The notes under the pieces are model-generated. The model worked only from the letters and a program-made list of their open reading frames with translations, was not told the origin of the DNA and ran no database searches. Shown in pieces: positions 9,042-19,469 of a stretch of 64,000 nucleotides of DNA (within the stretch, counting starts at the first letter, position 1; every line of letters begins with the position of its first letter). The stretch is from Calditrichales bacterium (GTDB lineage: Bacteria; Calditrichota; Calditrichia; Calditrichales; J004): contig OZ254086.1 in the NCBI GenBank assembly GCA_965267575.1, positions 1,536,001 to 1,600,000 of the forward strand. Direction: 5' to 3'. A program made the position numbers and the translations under genes.

Positions 9042-11423
9042 ATGAAATCCGTATGGGTTATCTCGCTTCTGATCTTTTCGCTGGCTTTCGGGCAGAGCGG
9101 AAAAGGAAAAATAGCCGGTGTTATTAAGGACGGCCGTACGTTGCAGCCGCTTCCCGGTGCCAACGTGTTGATCGAAGACAGCGATCGGGGAGCCGCTACA
9201 GACAGCAGCGGTTATTTTTCGATTCCCCAGCTTGAACCGGGCAGCTACAACCTGCAGGTGGTCTTCCTGGGCTACATCCCTTTGAAAAAAAATAACGTGG
9301 TTGTTAACCCGGGCAGAACCACGGTTGTGGAGTATGAGCTTGAGGAAAGCGTGATCGAAGGCGAGGCCATCGAGGTGCAGGGCAGCTATTTCGAAAAACC
9401 GCGCGAAGCCGTGGTGAGCACACGCAGCATGAATTTTGAAGAGATTCGCCGCAGTCCTGGTGACGTGCAGGATATTCAGCGTGCAGTGCAGGCCTTTCCC
9501 GCAGTCGTTTCCGGGGCGGACCAGTATAATGAGATCATAATTCGCGGCGGCATCCCGGGCGAGAACCTTTTTATTATGGACCAGATTGAGATCCCCAATC
9601 CCAACCACTTTGCCGTGCAGGGGGCAGGAGGCGGGCCGATCAATCTGCTAAACAGCTATATGGTGCGCGACCTTGATTTTTACGCCGGCGCCTTTTCAGC
9701 ACGCTACGGCGACAAAGCCTCTTCGGTCATGGAAATCTCCCTGCGAGAAGGCGCGCGCGACCGTTTCCGCGGTGACGTGAATATGGGGCTTGCCGGTTTT
9801 GGCGGCCTTATCGAGGGCCCGATCGGAGAAAACGCCTCCTACATGTTTTCGGCGCGCAAAAGCTACCTGGAGCTGATCATCGAGTCAACCGGGCTTACCG
9901 CCGTTCCGCAATACTATAACCTGCAGAGCAAAATTGCCTGGGACATTAATCCTTCAAATAAGCTCCTGTTCAACGCCGTTTACGGAAATGACGCCATTAA
10001 CATCGAAGAAGGGGATGAGGGCGGTTATGGACGCGGAGCCGAGAACGTTGATTCCGAAAACGATCAGACTATCGCCGGTTTAACCCTGCGCACATTCTGG
10101 AACAAGCAGCTATATTCCTACACAACACTTTCCGCGGTGCATAACAATTTCTTCGCCGATGTTTACGAAATTGATGAAAATGACCGGGAAGATACGTTTT
10201 TTGTGAACGAATCGGCCGAGACGGAACTTCATTTTAAGAGCGACTTATTCTGGCAGCTATCCAAGAATACCAGCCTCAATTTTGGCGCTGGTGTAAAGCA
10301 GGTGCGGCTGGACTACGCGGTTACAGGGGATCCGGATACACTTTTTCTGTATGAGCCGCAAAGCAGCCGCCCCGATTCAGCGATCGGCATTTTCCAGATC
10401 AACCCGCCGACGGACATAAATGAAAATATCGTTTCTTATAAAAGCGCGGCCTTTGTTCAGCTCTCGCAGGACTTTCTGCGCCGTATGCGTTTTACCGCCG
10501 GACTGAGGTATGACTATTTTGATTATACCGGCTACACATCCTGGAGTCCGCGCCTTGGGCTCTCCTGGTATGCAACGCCCAAACTGACGCTGAATGCCGC
10601 TTACGGACTGCATTATCAGACACCGTCCTACATTGAGCTGGTCTCCAATCCGCTAAACCGCGATCTGGATAGCAAATTCACCAGGCAGTATGTGCTTGGG
10701 TTGGATTACCTGTTCCGCGATGACATGAAGCTGACCGTGGAGGGCTATTACAAAAGCTATCATGATGTGCCACTCGAGCAGAGCCTGACAACGCCCGAAC
10801 CGCTGGATGATTTTAATGACCGATTGCTGAATGCCGGCGAAGGCGAAGCTTACGGGATCGAATTCTTTTTCCAGAAAAAACTGCTGCGCCAGTTTTCAAC
10901 GATCATCTCTTATGCCGCTTCAAAATCCACGGCTGTCGATCCAAGAAGCGGTGAAACTTACGACTGGGATTATGACTATCGCCACGTATTTACGGCCATT
11001 GCCGGCTACAAATTTTTATGGCGTGAAAAAAGCTGGTTCCGCGATATCAAAGGAACATGGTGGTATCAGTCGTTTTCCTGGCTGCCTTTTTTCCCGGCCG
11101 ACGAAGATGAGATCAGCTTTAAATGGCGTTATCTGGGTGGCCGCCCTTACACGCCGCCGGTTTATGATCCCCGCCTGCGCGAGTGGCTGGTGCAGGAAAC
11201 CGACGACCTCAACCCGACTCGTTTTCCGGCATACCACCGTCTTGATTTGAGGATTGACAAGCGCTACCTGTTTGAAAATTTCAACCTTGTCGTTTTCTAT
11301 GATCTGATCAATCTTTACAATCGCGACAATATCTGGAATTACAATTACAACGATGACGGTACGCGCGACAAAATCCTGCAGTATAAGAGTTTGCCGGTGG
11401 TTGGTATTTCGCTGGAGTTTTAG
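9042..11423 (+). CDS. TonB-dependent receptor with N-terminal carboxypeptidase-regulatory-like domain
   Basis: Signal peptide, PLPGANV, plug motif IIRGG..GEN...D.IEIPNPNHF, C-terminal Phe (GISLEF). Confidence 0.92.
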   Translation: MKSVWVISLLIFSLAFGQSGKGKIAGVIKDGRTLQPLPGANVLIEDSDRGAATDSSGYFSIPQLEPGSYNLQVVFLGYIPLKKNNVVVNPGRTTVVEYELEESVIEGEAIEVQGSYFEKPREAVVSTRSMNFEEIRRSPGDVQDIQRAVQAFPAVVSGADQYNEIIIRGGIPGENLFIMDQIEIPNPNHFAVQGAGGGPINLLNSYMVRDLDFYAGAFSARYGDKASSVMEISLREGARDRFRGDVNMGLAGFGGLIEGPIGENASYMFSARKSYLELIIESTGLTAVPQYYNLQSKIAWDINPSNKLLFNAVYGNDAINIEEGDEGGYGRGAENVDSENDQTIAGLTLRTFWNKQLYSYTTLSAVHNNFFADVYEIDENDREDTFFVNESAETELHFKSDLFWQLSKNTSLNFGAGVKQVRLDYAVTGDPDTLFLYEPQSSRPDSAIGIFQINPPTDINENIVSYKSAAFVQLSQDFLRRMRFTAGLRYDYFDYTGYTSWSPRLGLSWYATPKLTLNAAYGLHYQTPSYIELVSNPLNRDLDSKFTRQYVLGLDYLFRDDMKLTVEGYYKSYHDVPLEQSLTTPEPLDDFNDRLLNAGEGEAYGIEFFFQKKLLRQFSTIISYAASKSTAVDPRSGETYDWDYDYRHVFTAIAGYKFLWREKSWFRDIKGTWWYQSFSWLPFFPADEDEISFKWRYLGGRPYTPPVYDPRLREWLVQETDDLNPTRFPAYHRLDLRIDKRYLFENFNLVVFYDLINLYNRDNIWNYNYNDDGTRDKILQYKSLPVVGISLEF

Positions 11424-13576
11424 AGCAGTTTCTTGATGTCGGCGGCATTGCCCATCACCAAAAGCTTGTCGCCCGGTTTAAGTACATAATCGGCGGTGGG
11501 CACGGAGCCGGAGCGGTTAGGCAGACCGTCTGCCGTTTCGCGGGCATGGCGGATGAGAATAATCTCGACATTATAACGCGAACGAATGCCGCTGGCTTTC
11601 AGCGATTTCCCGACCAGGCTGACCGGCGCGTCGATCTCCCGCAGGATATAGCCTTCGCTGAGCTCCACCTCGCGCTCATTGCTTACCGCGGAAACCACGC
11701 TGTGCACGCCGCCAACAAGGTCAGCTTTAAAGATCTCCTTATTATAAGCGTCGATGACATCCTTGCGCCGCACGGAGCCCGCCAGCCTTTTATCGCTGCT
11801 GCTGTTTACCACTGGCAGCTCATCCACGTTATAGCGCCCAAAATTGTGCATCACCAGGTCCAGATTGTCTTGCGGGTAAAGCTGCGTCGGTACCGGCCGC
11901 GCCACATCATCGGCAATAACCAGACCGGAGAGATAATCCTCATCCTGCAGGAATTCCTTCACGTCATCCAGCGACACCACGCCCACAAGCTGGTTCTCTT
12001 TATCGACGATAAAAACTTCATGGTGGTCGCTTTTAAGTATCTTGCTGATAAGCTCGTTGAAGCTGGTGCCCGGCGTGGCTGTTACCGCGCTGCGCTTTAG
12101 CACATCCTTCACAAACAGTGAGCGGAGCACATTCAGGTCGCGCCCCTCAAAGATGTTGATGCCTCGCCGTTTCAGCTTCATCGTGTAAATGGATTCCCGT
12201 TGCAGGTAGGTAGCCAGCAACAGGGCAATGGTGGCGGAAAGCATCAGCGGCGGAATGATCTGGTAACTGTTGGTCAGCTCAAAGATGATAAGGATAGCAC
12301 TGATCGGGGCATGCGTTGTAGCGGCTACGAGCGCGCCCATGCCCACCAGGGCATAAGCCCCCGGACCGGCGGTCAGTTGCGGCCAGAACGCGTGGGCCTG
12401 CTGGCCGATCAGGCTGCCCAGCATGGCCCCTATAAACAGCGAGGGCGCGAAGATGCCCCCGCTGCCGCCTGAACCAAGCGTCAGTGAGGTGGCCAGCAGT
12501 TTTGCGAACACAAGCAGGGCCAGCAGCCAGCTTACATCACGGCCCCACAACGCATCATTGATTGACTCGTAGCCGACCCCGAACACCTGCGGTAAACCCA
12601 GACCGATTACGCCAACCAGCAATCCGCCGAGAGCCGGTTTCAGGTATCCGGGCATTTTAAGCCCTTCAAAAACATCCTGTGATTTGTAGAGCGTGGTGAT
12701 AAACAAAACGGCTATCAACCCGGCGAGGATGCCAAGCAGCAGGTAGGGAAAAAACTCATAGGGGCTCACAAGCTCATAGGCCGGCACGCGGAAGGCAGGA
12801 AAATCGCCCATGTAATGGCGCGAAACCACCGTGGCCACAACGGAGGCGATCACGATAGGGCTGAACTGCGCCACAGCATACTCGCCCAGGATTACCTCTA
12901 CCGCGAACAGCGCTCCGGCAATGGGCGCGTTAAATGTGGCCGCGATACCGGCCGCCGCGCCGCAGGCTACGAAAGTGCGCAATCGGCGCGCGGAAACCGC
13001 CAGCACCTGGCCCAAAAACGAGCCGATGGCCGAACCGATCTGCACAATCGGACCCTCACGACCGGCGGAGCCGCCGGAACCGATGATCACCGAGGCGGCG
13101 AATATTTTTGCAAGAATAACGCGCGGCCGGATTGCTCCCCCGCGAACCGCCACGGCCTCCATCACCTCCGGAATGCCGCTGCCACGCACTTCGCGGGCAA
13201 AGTAGTGTACCAGCGGCCCGACAATCAATCCGCCGAGAGCAGGTATCAGCAGCTTTTGCCACCAGGGCATGGCGATAACCCAATCCAGCGAATATTCCCA
13301 GTTGCGAAAAAAGGCGTAGTGCGACACCTTAATCAGGTAGCGAAAGCCGATGGCGCCATAGGCACCGAGCACGCCGATAATGATGGCGGAGATGACCATG
13401 AACACGTGCTCTGCCCGGCGGATACCGCCAAACAGGCCGGCCAGTTTTTGCTGAAGCAGCCGGCGCCAGCGTAACAATCGTAAAAAGTTTTTACGAAGCA
13501 GTTTTAGAAATCCGCGCATTGAACGATAAAGGCCTGTGATATTTTTTACCGGAATGATCTCATCCGGCTTGGGCAT
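11420..13576 (-). CDS. CLC chloride channel/antiporter with CBS pair and TrkA-C domain (paralogue A)
   Basis: GSGIPEV, GREGP, FNAPIAG, GGIFAP, SIYT, then CBS and TrkA_C-like tail; start may be ATG 13519; stop overlaps the TBDR stop. Confidence 0.93.
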   Translation of the reverse strand: MPKPDEIIPVKNITGLYRSMRGFLKLLRKNFLRLLRWRRLLQQKLAGLFGGIRRAEHVFMVISAIIIGVLGAYGAIGFRYLIKVSHYAFFRNWEYSLDWVIAMPWWQKLLIPALGGLIVGPLVHYFAREVRGSGIPEVMEAVAVRGGAIRPRVILAKIFAASVIIGSGGSAGREGPIVQIGSAIGSFLGQVLAVSARRLRTFVACGAAAGIAATFNAPIAGALFAVEVILGEYAVAQFSPIVIASVVATVVSRHYMGDFPAFRVPAYELVSPYEFFPYLLLGILAGLIAVLFITTLYKSQDVFEGLKMPGYLKPALGGLLVGVIGLGLPQVFGVGYESINDALWGRDVSWLLALLVFAKLLATSLTLGSGGSGGIFAPSLFIGAMLGSLIGQQAHAFWPQLTAGPGAYALVGMGALVAATTHAPISAILIIFELTNSYQIIPPLMLSATIALLLATYLQRESIYTMKLKRRGINIFEGRDLNVLRSLFVKDVLKRSAVTATPGTSFNELISKILKSDHHEVFIVDKENQLVGVVSLDDVKEFLQDEDYLSGLVIADDVARPVPTQLYPQDNLDLVMHNFGRYNVDELPVVNSSSDKRLAGSVRRKDVIDAYNKEIFKADLVGGVHSVVSAVSNEREVELSEGYILREIDAPVSLVGKSLKASGIRSRYNVEIILIRHARETADGLPNRSGSVPTADYVLKPGDKLLVMGNAADIKKLL

Positions 13577-13666
13577 GGTGAATTATTTTATTAATTTTAT
13601 AAGCTCGACAAAAATCAAAGCAGGCACAACCGGCCAAAAGGAACCGACGCAAATATTGCAGAAATA

Positions 13667-15730
13667 ATGAAAAAAATAAAAAAATTCTTAATCGGTTTGG
13701 TTATAAAATTTCGCGCGGCAGACAGCGTTTTTCTCGTTACAATGGCGGTTATTATCGGTCTGCTGTGCGGGGTCGGCGCTGTTTCCATCCAATACCTCAT
13801 CAAGTGGTTTCAACACATGTTCTGGGGTGCGGAAGAGTTTCCTCCTGAACATATGGCCATGGTCCCGTTTTACCTTAAAATCATCATTCCCACGCTGGGC
13901 GCCACCGCAGTGGGCGCGCTTGTTTACTTTTTTGCCAGGGAGGCCAAAGGCCATGGCGTGCCTGAGGTAATGCAGGCGGTGGCGCTGCGCAACGGTATCA
14001 TTCGTCCGCGCGTGGCGATTGTTAAGCTGCTGGCGTCATCCCTGTTTATCGGAAGCGGCGGTTCGGTGGGCCGGGAGGGTCCCGTTATCCAGATTGGTTC
14101 GGCTATAGGCAGTGCCGTGGGCCAGTTGTTCCGGCTTAATCCGCAACGTCTTAAGATTTTTGTGGCATCGGGGGCAGCGGCAGGCATCGCGGCGGCTTTT
14201 AACGCGCCTGTGGCCGGCGCCATTTTTAGTCTGGAAATTATACTGGGTGATTTTGCCATCGCCCAATTCAGCCCCATCGTAATCGCTTCTGTGGTAGCCA
14301 CCGTAGTTTCCCGTGGTATGGTGGGTGATTTCCCTGCTTTTACCATCCCGCGCTATGAGCTGGTTTCGCCTTACGAGTTGATTACGTATACCATTTTGGG
14401 CGTACTTGCCGGCGTGGTCTCGCTTATTTATATCCGCGTCCTGTACCGCTTTGAAGATTTTTTTGAAGACTTAAAGATTCACGAAATTCTGAAAACAACC
14501 ATCGGCGGGTTGTTGCTTGGTATGTTGGGTATTTGGGTGCCGCAGATCTTTGGCGTGGGCTACCACGCCATGGACCGGGCACTGCACGGCGCGCTGGAAA
14601 GTCCTTTTGGCAATGAATATGTATGGCTTTTTATGCTGGCGTTGGTTTTTATCAAGATCCTCGCCACATCCATTTCGCTTGGTTCGGGCGGCAGCGGCGG
14701 GGTTTTTGCACCCAGTCTTTTTATCGGCACGATGACCGGCGGATTTTTTGGTGAACTGGTGCATCGCTTTTTCCCGACCATTACGGCCGGCTCCGGGGCT
14801 TACGCGCTTGTAGGTATGGGCGCGCTGGTGGCTGGCACCACGCACGCTCCCATTACGGCAATCCTGATAATTTTTGAAATGACCAATGACTATAAAATTA
14901 TATTGCCTTTGATGATTACCTGCGTCATTGCGACGTTGCTGACTACACGCGTGCAGAAAGAATCTATTTACACGCTCAAACTAATTCGGCGCGGCATTAA
15001 CCTGTTTCAGGGCAAAGAGGTCAATGTGCTGCGCTCGCTTCCGGTTCGTGAGGTTATGCTGGACAATCCGATCCTTGTTTCGGCGGCCACACCGTTCAAT
15101 AAGCTGGTGGAGCTTTTTTTCAAGAGCCAGCACCCGCAGTTTTTTGTGGTCGACGACAAAAAGCGCCTGCTGGGACGCATCGGTCTCGGGGATTTGCGCC
15201 GCATCCTGCAGGAGGAAGAATATCTTGCCGACCTTGTCGTAGCCCATGATATCATGAACAGCGATGTGGAACGCATCCATGAAAACGATACGCTGGACAC
15301 GGCTATGCACATTTTCGGGCGCAGTGCGGCGGAAGAGCTTCCCGTTGTTAAGTCCGATGGAAGTAACATGGTTATCGGTGCTGTTTTTTACCAGGATGTG
15401 ATACAGGCTTACAACCGCGAGCTGATCAAGAGCGACCTTGTGCGCGAAGCAGGCAGTTCCATCAAGCTGCTGGAAAAATCACAGCGCATTTCCTTCCTCG
15501 ATGGTTACTCCATGGCCGAGGTCGCCGTACCCATGAGCATCCGCGGTAAAACACTGCAGGAGCTTAATCTGCGCAGCCGCTTTGGCGTAAACGTCCTGAT
15601 GATTAAACGCAAAGATGAAAAGGGCGCGGAAAAACAGCTTGTGGCCATGCCCAATGAAAAATTGCTATTGGGCGACCACCTGATAGTGATGGGTCGTGAC
15701 GAGGATATTGATAAGTTAAAGGCGCTTTGA
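13667..15730 (+). CDS. CLC chloride channel/antiporter with CBS pair and TrkA-C domain (paralogue B)
   Basis: GHGVPEV, GREGP, FNAPVAG, GGVFAP, SIYT, CBS domains, GKTLQELNLRSRFGVNV (TrkA_C). Confidence 0.93.
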   Translation: MKKIKKFLIGLVIKFRAADSVFLVTMAVIIGLLCGVGAVSIQYLIKWFQHMFWGAEEFPPEHMAMVPFYLKIIIPTLGATAVGALVYFFAREAKGHGVPEVMQAVALRNGIIRPRVAIVKLLASSLFIGSGGSVGREGPVIQIGSAIGSAVGQLFRLNPQRLKIFVASGAAAGIAAAFNAPVAGAIFSLEIILGDFAIAQFSPIVIASVVATVVSRGMVGDFPAFTIPRYELVSPYELITYTILGVLAGVVSLIYIRVLYRFEDFFEDLKIHEILKTTIGGLLLGMLGIWVPQIFGVGYHAMDRALHGALESPFGNEYVWLFMLALVFIKILATSISLGSGGSGGVFAPSLFIGTMTGGFFGELVHRFFPTITAGSGAYALVGMGALVAGTTHAPITAILIIFEMTNDYKIILPLMITCVIATLLTTRVQKESIYTLKLIRRGINLFQGKEVNVLRSLPVREVMLDNPILVSAATPFNKLVELFFKSQHPQFFVVDDKKRLLGRIGLGDLRRILQEEEYLADLVVAHDIMNSDVERIHENDTLDTAMHIFGRSAAEELPVVKSDGSNMVIGAVFYQDVIQAYNRELIKSDLVREAGSSIKLLEKSQRISFLDGYSMAEVAVPMSIRGKTLQELNLRSRFGVNVLMIKRKDEKGAEKQLVAMPNEKLLLGDHLIVMGRDEDIDKLKAL

Positions 15731-15894
15731 TTATAGAGTATTGAGTCAATTTAGGGTCATGACTAGACCAAAAGCGTCCTGCAATTGGGATTGTAATTGC
15801 AATTTGGAATATATTTTACATTAACGCGAATACCTGATTACGCACTTCGATACCCTTAAACGTTAACACTTTAATACTTTGCGAGTAAAGGAGT

Positions 15895-17661
15895 ATGTCC
15901 ATGCGAGGGACTCTGCTTCTGCTGATGTGTTTTGCTTTTTCCGGCGCGCAGGATGCCTGGAAAACCTATTACGAAAAATCCGGTTATCTGGAAACGCCAC
16001 GTTACGAGCAAACGGTTGAGTATGGTAAGATGCTTGCCGATAGCTTTCCGGCTATTCAGTACCGCTCTTTTGGCACAACTCCGCAAGGCCGCGATTTGCC
16101 TCTGCTGATTGTTGACAAGGACGGGCTGGATGACCCGCAGGCCATTCGTGAGAAGGGGCGCATTATTCTGATGCTGCAGGCGGGCATCCATTCCGGGGAG
16201 ATAGACGGCAAGGACGCCGGGTTTATCATTCTGCGCGACATGTTTGTGTACGGCAAGAACTATGAGTTGCTGGACAACGTGTCATTGCTGTTTATCCCGA
16301 TATTTAATGTGGACGGCCATGAGCGCTTTTCCGCCTACTCCCGCGCCAACCAGAATGGACCCCGAGAAATGGGCTGGCGCGCCACGGCCCAAAATTACAA
16401 TCTTAACCGCGATTATCTTAAAGCCGATGCACCGGAGATGCGTGCCTGGCTAAAACTATTTAATGATTGGCTTCCCGAGTTTTTTATAGACAGCCACGTG
16501 ACCGACGGCGCCGATTTTCCTTATGTCATAACGTTTGATGTTGACCTTAGCGGAATGATGGCGGAGAACCTGGTGGACTGGTCGAAAAACAAGTATATCC
16601 CCTTCCTCAAAAGGGAGATGAAAGCCGCCGGATTTCCTACTATAGAGTATGTGAACTTTCGAAAATGGAATGACCCGCGCAGCGGCTTGCAGGCTTTTTA
16701 TGCCAGGCCGCGTTATAGCACAGGCTATGTCGCAATCCAAAACCGGGTTGGTTTGCTGATTGAGACGCATATGTTTAAGCCCTACCGTGAACGGGTTGAG
16801 GCTACGCGCCAGATGGTGCTGCAGACCATGCGTTATCTCAACCAGGAGAAAAATACCCTTTCAAGCCTGGTCCGTGAAGCTGACCGTGACGCCGCTTCTG
16901 CCGAATTTCGACAAAGGCCTTTCGCGCTTACTTACACGCTGAGCGAAGATAGCACGATGGTTGACTTTTGGGGTTATGAGTTTGTTGTTGAGAAAAGCGA
17001 TCTCAGTGGCGGCCAGTGGTTTCGCTACTCCAATGATACCGTCACCTGGCGGATACCGTTTTTTAACACCTTCGAACCGGAGAATGTTACCACATTGCCC
17101 GTTGCCTATCTGCTGCCCCCGGAATGGCTGGAAGTGGCTGAGCGTTTGAAAGCGCACGGCATTGAATTCTGGAGGCTGGAAGAAAAGCGGAAGCTTACGG
17201 TCGGAACCTATCGCTTTGAGGACCCGGACTGGAGCGAGGCTCCCTGGGAGGGCAGGCATTATCTCAGCGTTAAAACAATCGCAATAGAAGAAACACGAAC
17301 CTACCCGGCCGGAACGATTGTGATTCCGATGCAGCAACGCGGCGCCCGTGTGGCTGCACATATTCTGGAGCCCGAAGCACCTGATTCTTACGTTTTCTGG
17401 GGATTCTTCGATTCTGTATTTGAGGTTAAGGAATATGTTGAATCCTATGTGATGGAAGAGAGGGCCCGCGTTATGCTGGCCAGCGATGCGGGACTTAAAA
17501 AACGTTTTGAACAAAAGATGGCCAATGATAGTACATTTGCTTCTGATCCCCGCGCTATACTCTTCTGGTTTTACCGCCAGTCGCCTTTTTGGGATGACAG
17601 GGTAAACAAATATCCCGTGGGAAAAATCTTTGATGAGCAGATTTATCAATCGCTTAAATGA
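15895..17661 (+). CDS. Secreted M14 family zinc carboxypeptidase
   Basis: Signal peptide; HSGE (AGIHSGEIDG), NVDGHE, NLNRD, DSH zinc/substrate motifs. Confidence 0.88.
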   Translation: MSMRGTLLLLMCFAFSGAQDAWKTYYEKSGYLETPRYEQTVEYGKMLADSFPAIQYRSFGTTPQGRDLPLLIVDKDGLDDPQAIREKGRIILMLQAGIHSGEIDGKDAGFIILRDMFVYGKNYELLDNVSLLFIPIFNVDGHERFSAYSRANQNGPREMGWRATAQNYNLNRDYLKADAPEMRAWLKLFNDWLPEFFIDSHVTDGADFPYVITFDVDLSGMMAENLVDWSKNKYIPFLKREMKAAGFPTIEYVNFRKWNDPRSGLQAFYARPRYSTGYVAIQNRVGLLIETHMFKPYRERVEATRQMVLQTMRYLNQEKNTLSSLVREADRDAASAEFRQRPFALTYTLSEDSTMVDFWGYEFVVEKSDLSGGQWFRYSNDTVTWRIPFFNTFEPENVTTLPVAYLLPPEWLEVAERLKAHGIEFWRLEEKRKLTVGTYRFEDPDWSEAPWEGRHYLSVKTIAIEETRTYPAGTIVIPMQQRGARVAAHILEPEAPDSYVFWGFFDSVFEVKEYVESYVMEERARVMLASDAGLKKRFEQKMANDSTFASDPRAILFWFYRQSPFWDDRVNKYPVGKIFDEQIYQSLK

Positions 17662-17669
17662 GGTGTGAG

Positions 17670-18053
17670 ATGCCTGTTAAAAAAAGCCTGATTGTTGTCG
17701 GGGACCGGGTTTTAATAAAGCCGGAAAGCGAAAAGGAACGGACGGCTTCCGGCCTGTACCTGCCCCAGGGCGTTGAAACCAAGGAAAAAGTACAGGGCGG
17801 TTACGTTTACAAGGTAGGTCCGGGATATCCGCTCCCCAACCCGAACGAAGGCGACGAGCCATGGGAAAGCCATGGTCAGAGGGAGCCGCGCTACCTGCCC
17901 TTGCAGGCCCAGGAAGGGGATTTTGCCCTGTTCCTGAGAAAAACCGCAGTGGAGATAGAGTTTGAACAGGAGAATTTTCTCCTCGTGCCGCAATCTGCCA
18001 TATTGCTTTTGGTACGTGAAGATATACTGGCAAACCTGAATAAGGATGAATAA
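17670..18053 (+). CDS. GroES-family co-chaperonin (stand-alone paralogue)
   Basis: VVGDRVLIKP, RTASGLYLP mobile loop, KVGPG; GAGGTG RBS before ATG 17670. Confidence 0.85.
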   Translation: MPVKKSLIVVGDRVLIKPESEKERTASGLYLPQGVETKEKVQGGYVYKVGPGYPLPNPNEGDEPWESHGQREPRYLPLQAQEGDFALFLRKTAVEIEFEQENFLLVPQSAILLLVREDILANLNKDE

Positions 18054-18146
18054 CCTTGAGTTTTTACAAAAGCATGGCGTTTGGCCGATTGTTTTTGGTG
18101 TTTTGTTTGTGTTTTGGTTTTTGCAATTTGGAAATTGGATAGTTTT

Positions 18147-19322
18147 ATGATGCTTGTTTTGAGATTTATTTTTATGGTTACGCTGCTGGCCGTAAGCGCA
18201 TACGCGGCCCGCGCCTTGTTACGGAAAGTCAACAGGAAAAGCTGGCAATCCGCCACGGTTGAACATATTGCAGCCGCGTTGCCTTATTTGCTGCTTGCGG
18301 GTGCCGTTTTTTGGGGCGCAGGCAGCTATCTGAATATCGCCTTCATGAAAATGGCAGGTGCCACCTGGACCGCCTTCTTGATAATGGCCAGTGCGATCCT
18401 TTTGATTACACTGCCGCTTTCCATGGTGCTGATCCCGGTTTTTAAAAAAGACGAAAGTGACGATGACGTTTCTGTTGATTTGAAAAAAAGGACTTTACTT
18501 AAGGGCGCTGTGGGAGCAGCACCGCTGCTGTTTCTGGGTAGCGCGGCCAAGGGCGTTGCTGACTCTTTTTCATCGGTGCGTCTGCCGCTGATTGATATTG
18601 AGGTTCCGGGGCTGCCCGATGCGCTGGAGGGCAAAACTATCCTGCATTTATCGGACCTGCATCTGGGCTACTATTTTGGTTTGGACCATCTGGAAAATAC
18701 TCTTTTGGCGGCGGAAAAATTTGATCCGGATCTGGTGGCGGTTACCGGTGATATCGCTGATGACCTGACGCTGATGACCGACGCGATGAATCTCATCGGT
18801 CAGTATAAACCGAATACGCAGAAGTTTGCTTCTATTGGTAACCATGAGTATTTCCGAGGCATTAACGACGCCATAAGGCAAATCGAAAAAGGCCCGGTTC
18901 CGCTGCTGAAAAACGACAACCTTTCGACTTCGGTGGCCGGTGTCCCTGTTGTTGTCGGCGGTGCTGATGACCCGGCTTACCTCCACGGCGATATATCGGG
19001 ATTCCTGGATGACAGTCTTTCCAAAACGTTTGCCGGCGCCAAAGAAACGCCTTTCCGTCTGCTGCTCAGCCACCGTCCCTCGGCGTTGGACGTGGCCTCC
19101 AAACATAATGTAAACCTTGTATTGAGTGGTCATACCCACGCCGGACAGCTAGGCATCAACAGGCAAAGTCTTTTTTCCTACATGAACCCCGAAGCCTACT
19201 TGTGGGGTGTCTATCAGAAAGACAATGCGCGTCTTTACACATCGGCGGGTATGGGACATTGGTTTCCCTTCCGTCTCGGCGCACCCCTCGAAGCGCCGCT
19301 TATCCGGCTACGCAAAGCCTGA
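18147..19322 (+). CDS. Membrane-anchored metallophosphoesterase (YkuE/YaeI-like)
   Basis: DLHLG, GDIAD, GNHE, LSHRP, GHTHAGQ motifs after N-terminal TM helices. Confidence 0.9.
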   Translation: MMLVLRFIFMVTLLAVSAYAARALLRKVNRKSWQSATVEHIAAALPYLLLAGAVFWGAGSYLNIAFMKMAGATWTAFLIMASAILLITLPLSMVLIPVFKKDESDDDVSVDLKKRTLLKGAVGAAPLLFLGSAAKGVADSFSSVRLPLIDIEVPGLPDALEGKTILHLSDLHLGYYFGLDHLENTLLAAEKFDPDLVAVTGDIADDLTLMTDAMNLIGQYKPNTQKFASIGNHEYFRGINDAIRQIEKGPVPLLKNDNLSTSVAGVPVVVGGADDPAYLHGDISGFLDDSLSKTFAGAKETPFRLLLSHRPSALDVASKHNVNLVLSGHTHAGQLGINRQSLFSYMNPEAYLWGVYQKDNARLYTSAGMGHWFPFRLGAPLEAPLIRLRKA

Positions 19323-19469
19323 AAAGAGAATTGAATATTAATGAAGCCATCAAACCTTCCGAAAATAGTTGCTCTTTAAATTAATTCAAGCTGCCGCTAC
19401 AGAAATGATAATGTAAATTTGTCTTTTCGCACTTTGCGCGATTGCATTTAAGTCGGAGGATTCACAACG

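Noticed and set aside
18054-18146. N-terminal extension of the metallophosphoesterase from TTG 18081 and its GTTTT-rich tract
   Set aside because: Low-complexity T/G-rich intergenic sequence with no clear periodicity; ATG 18147/18150 is the more plausible start.
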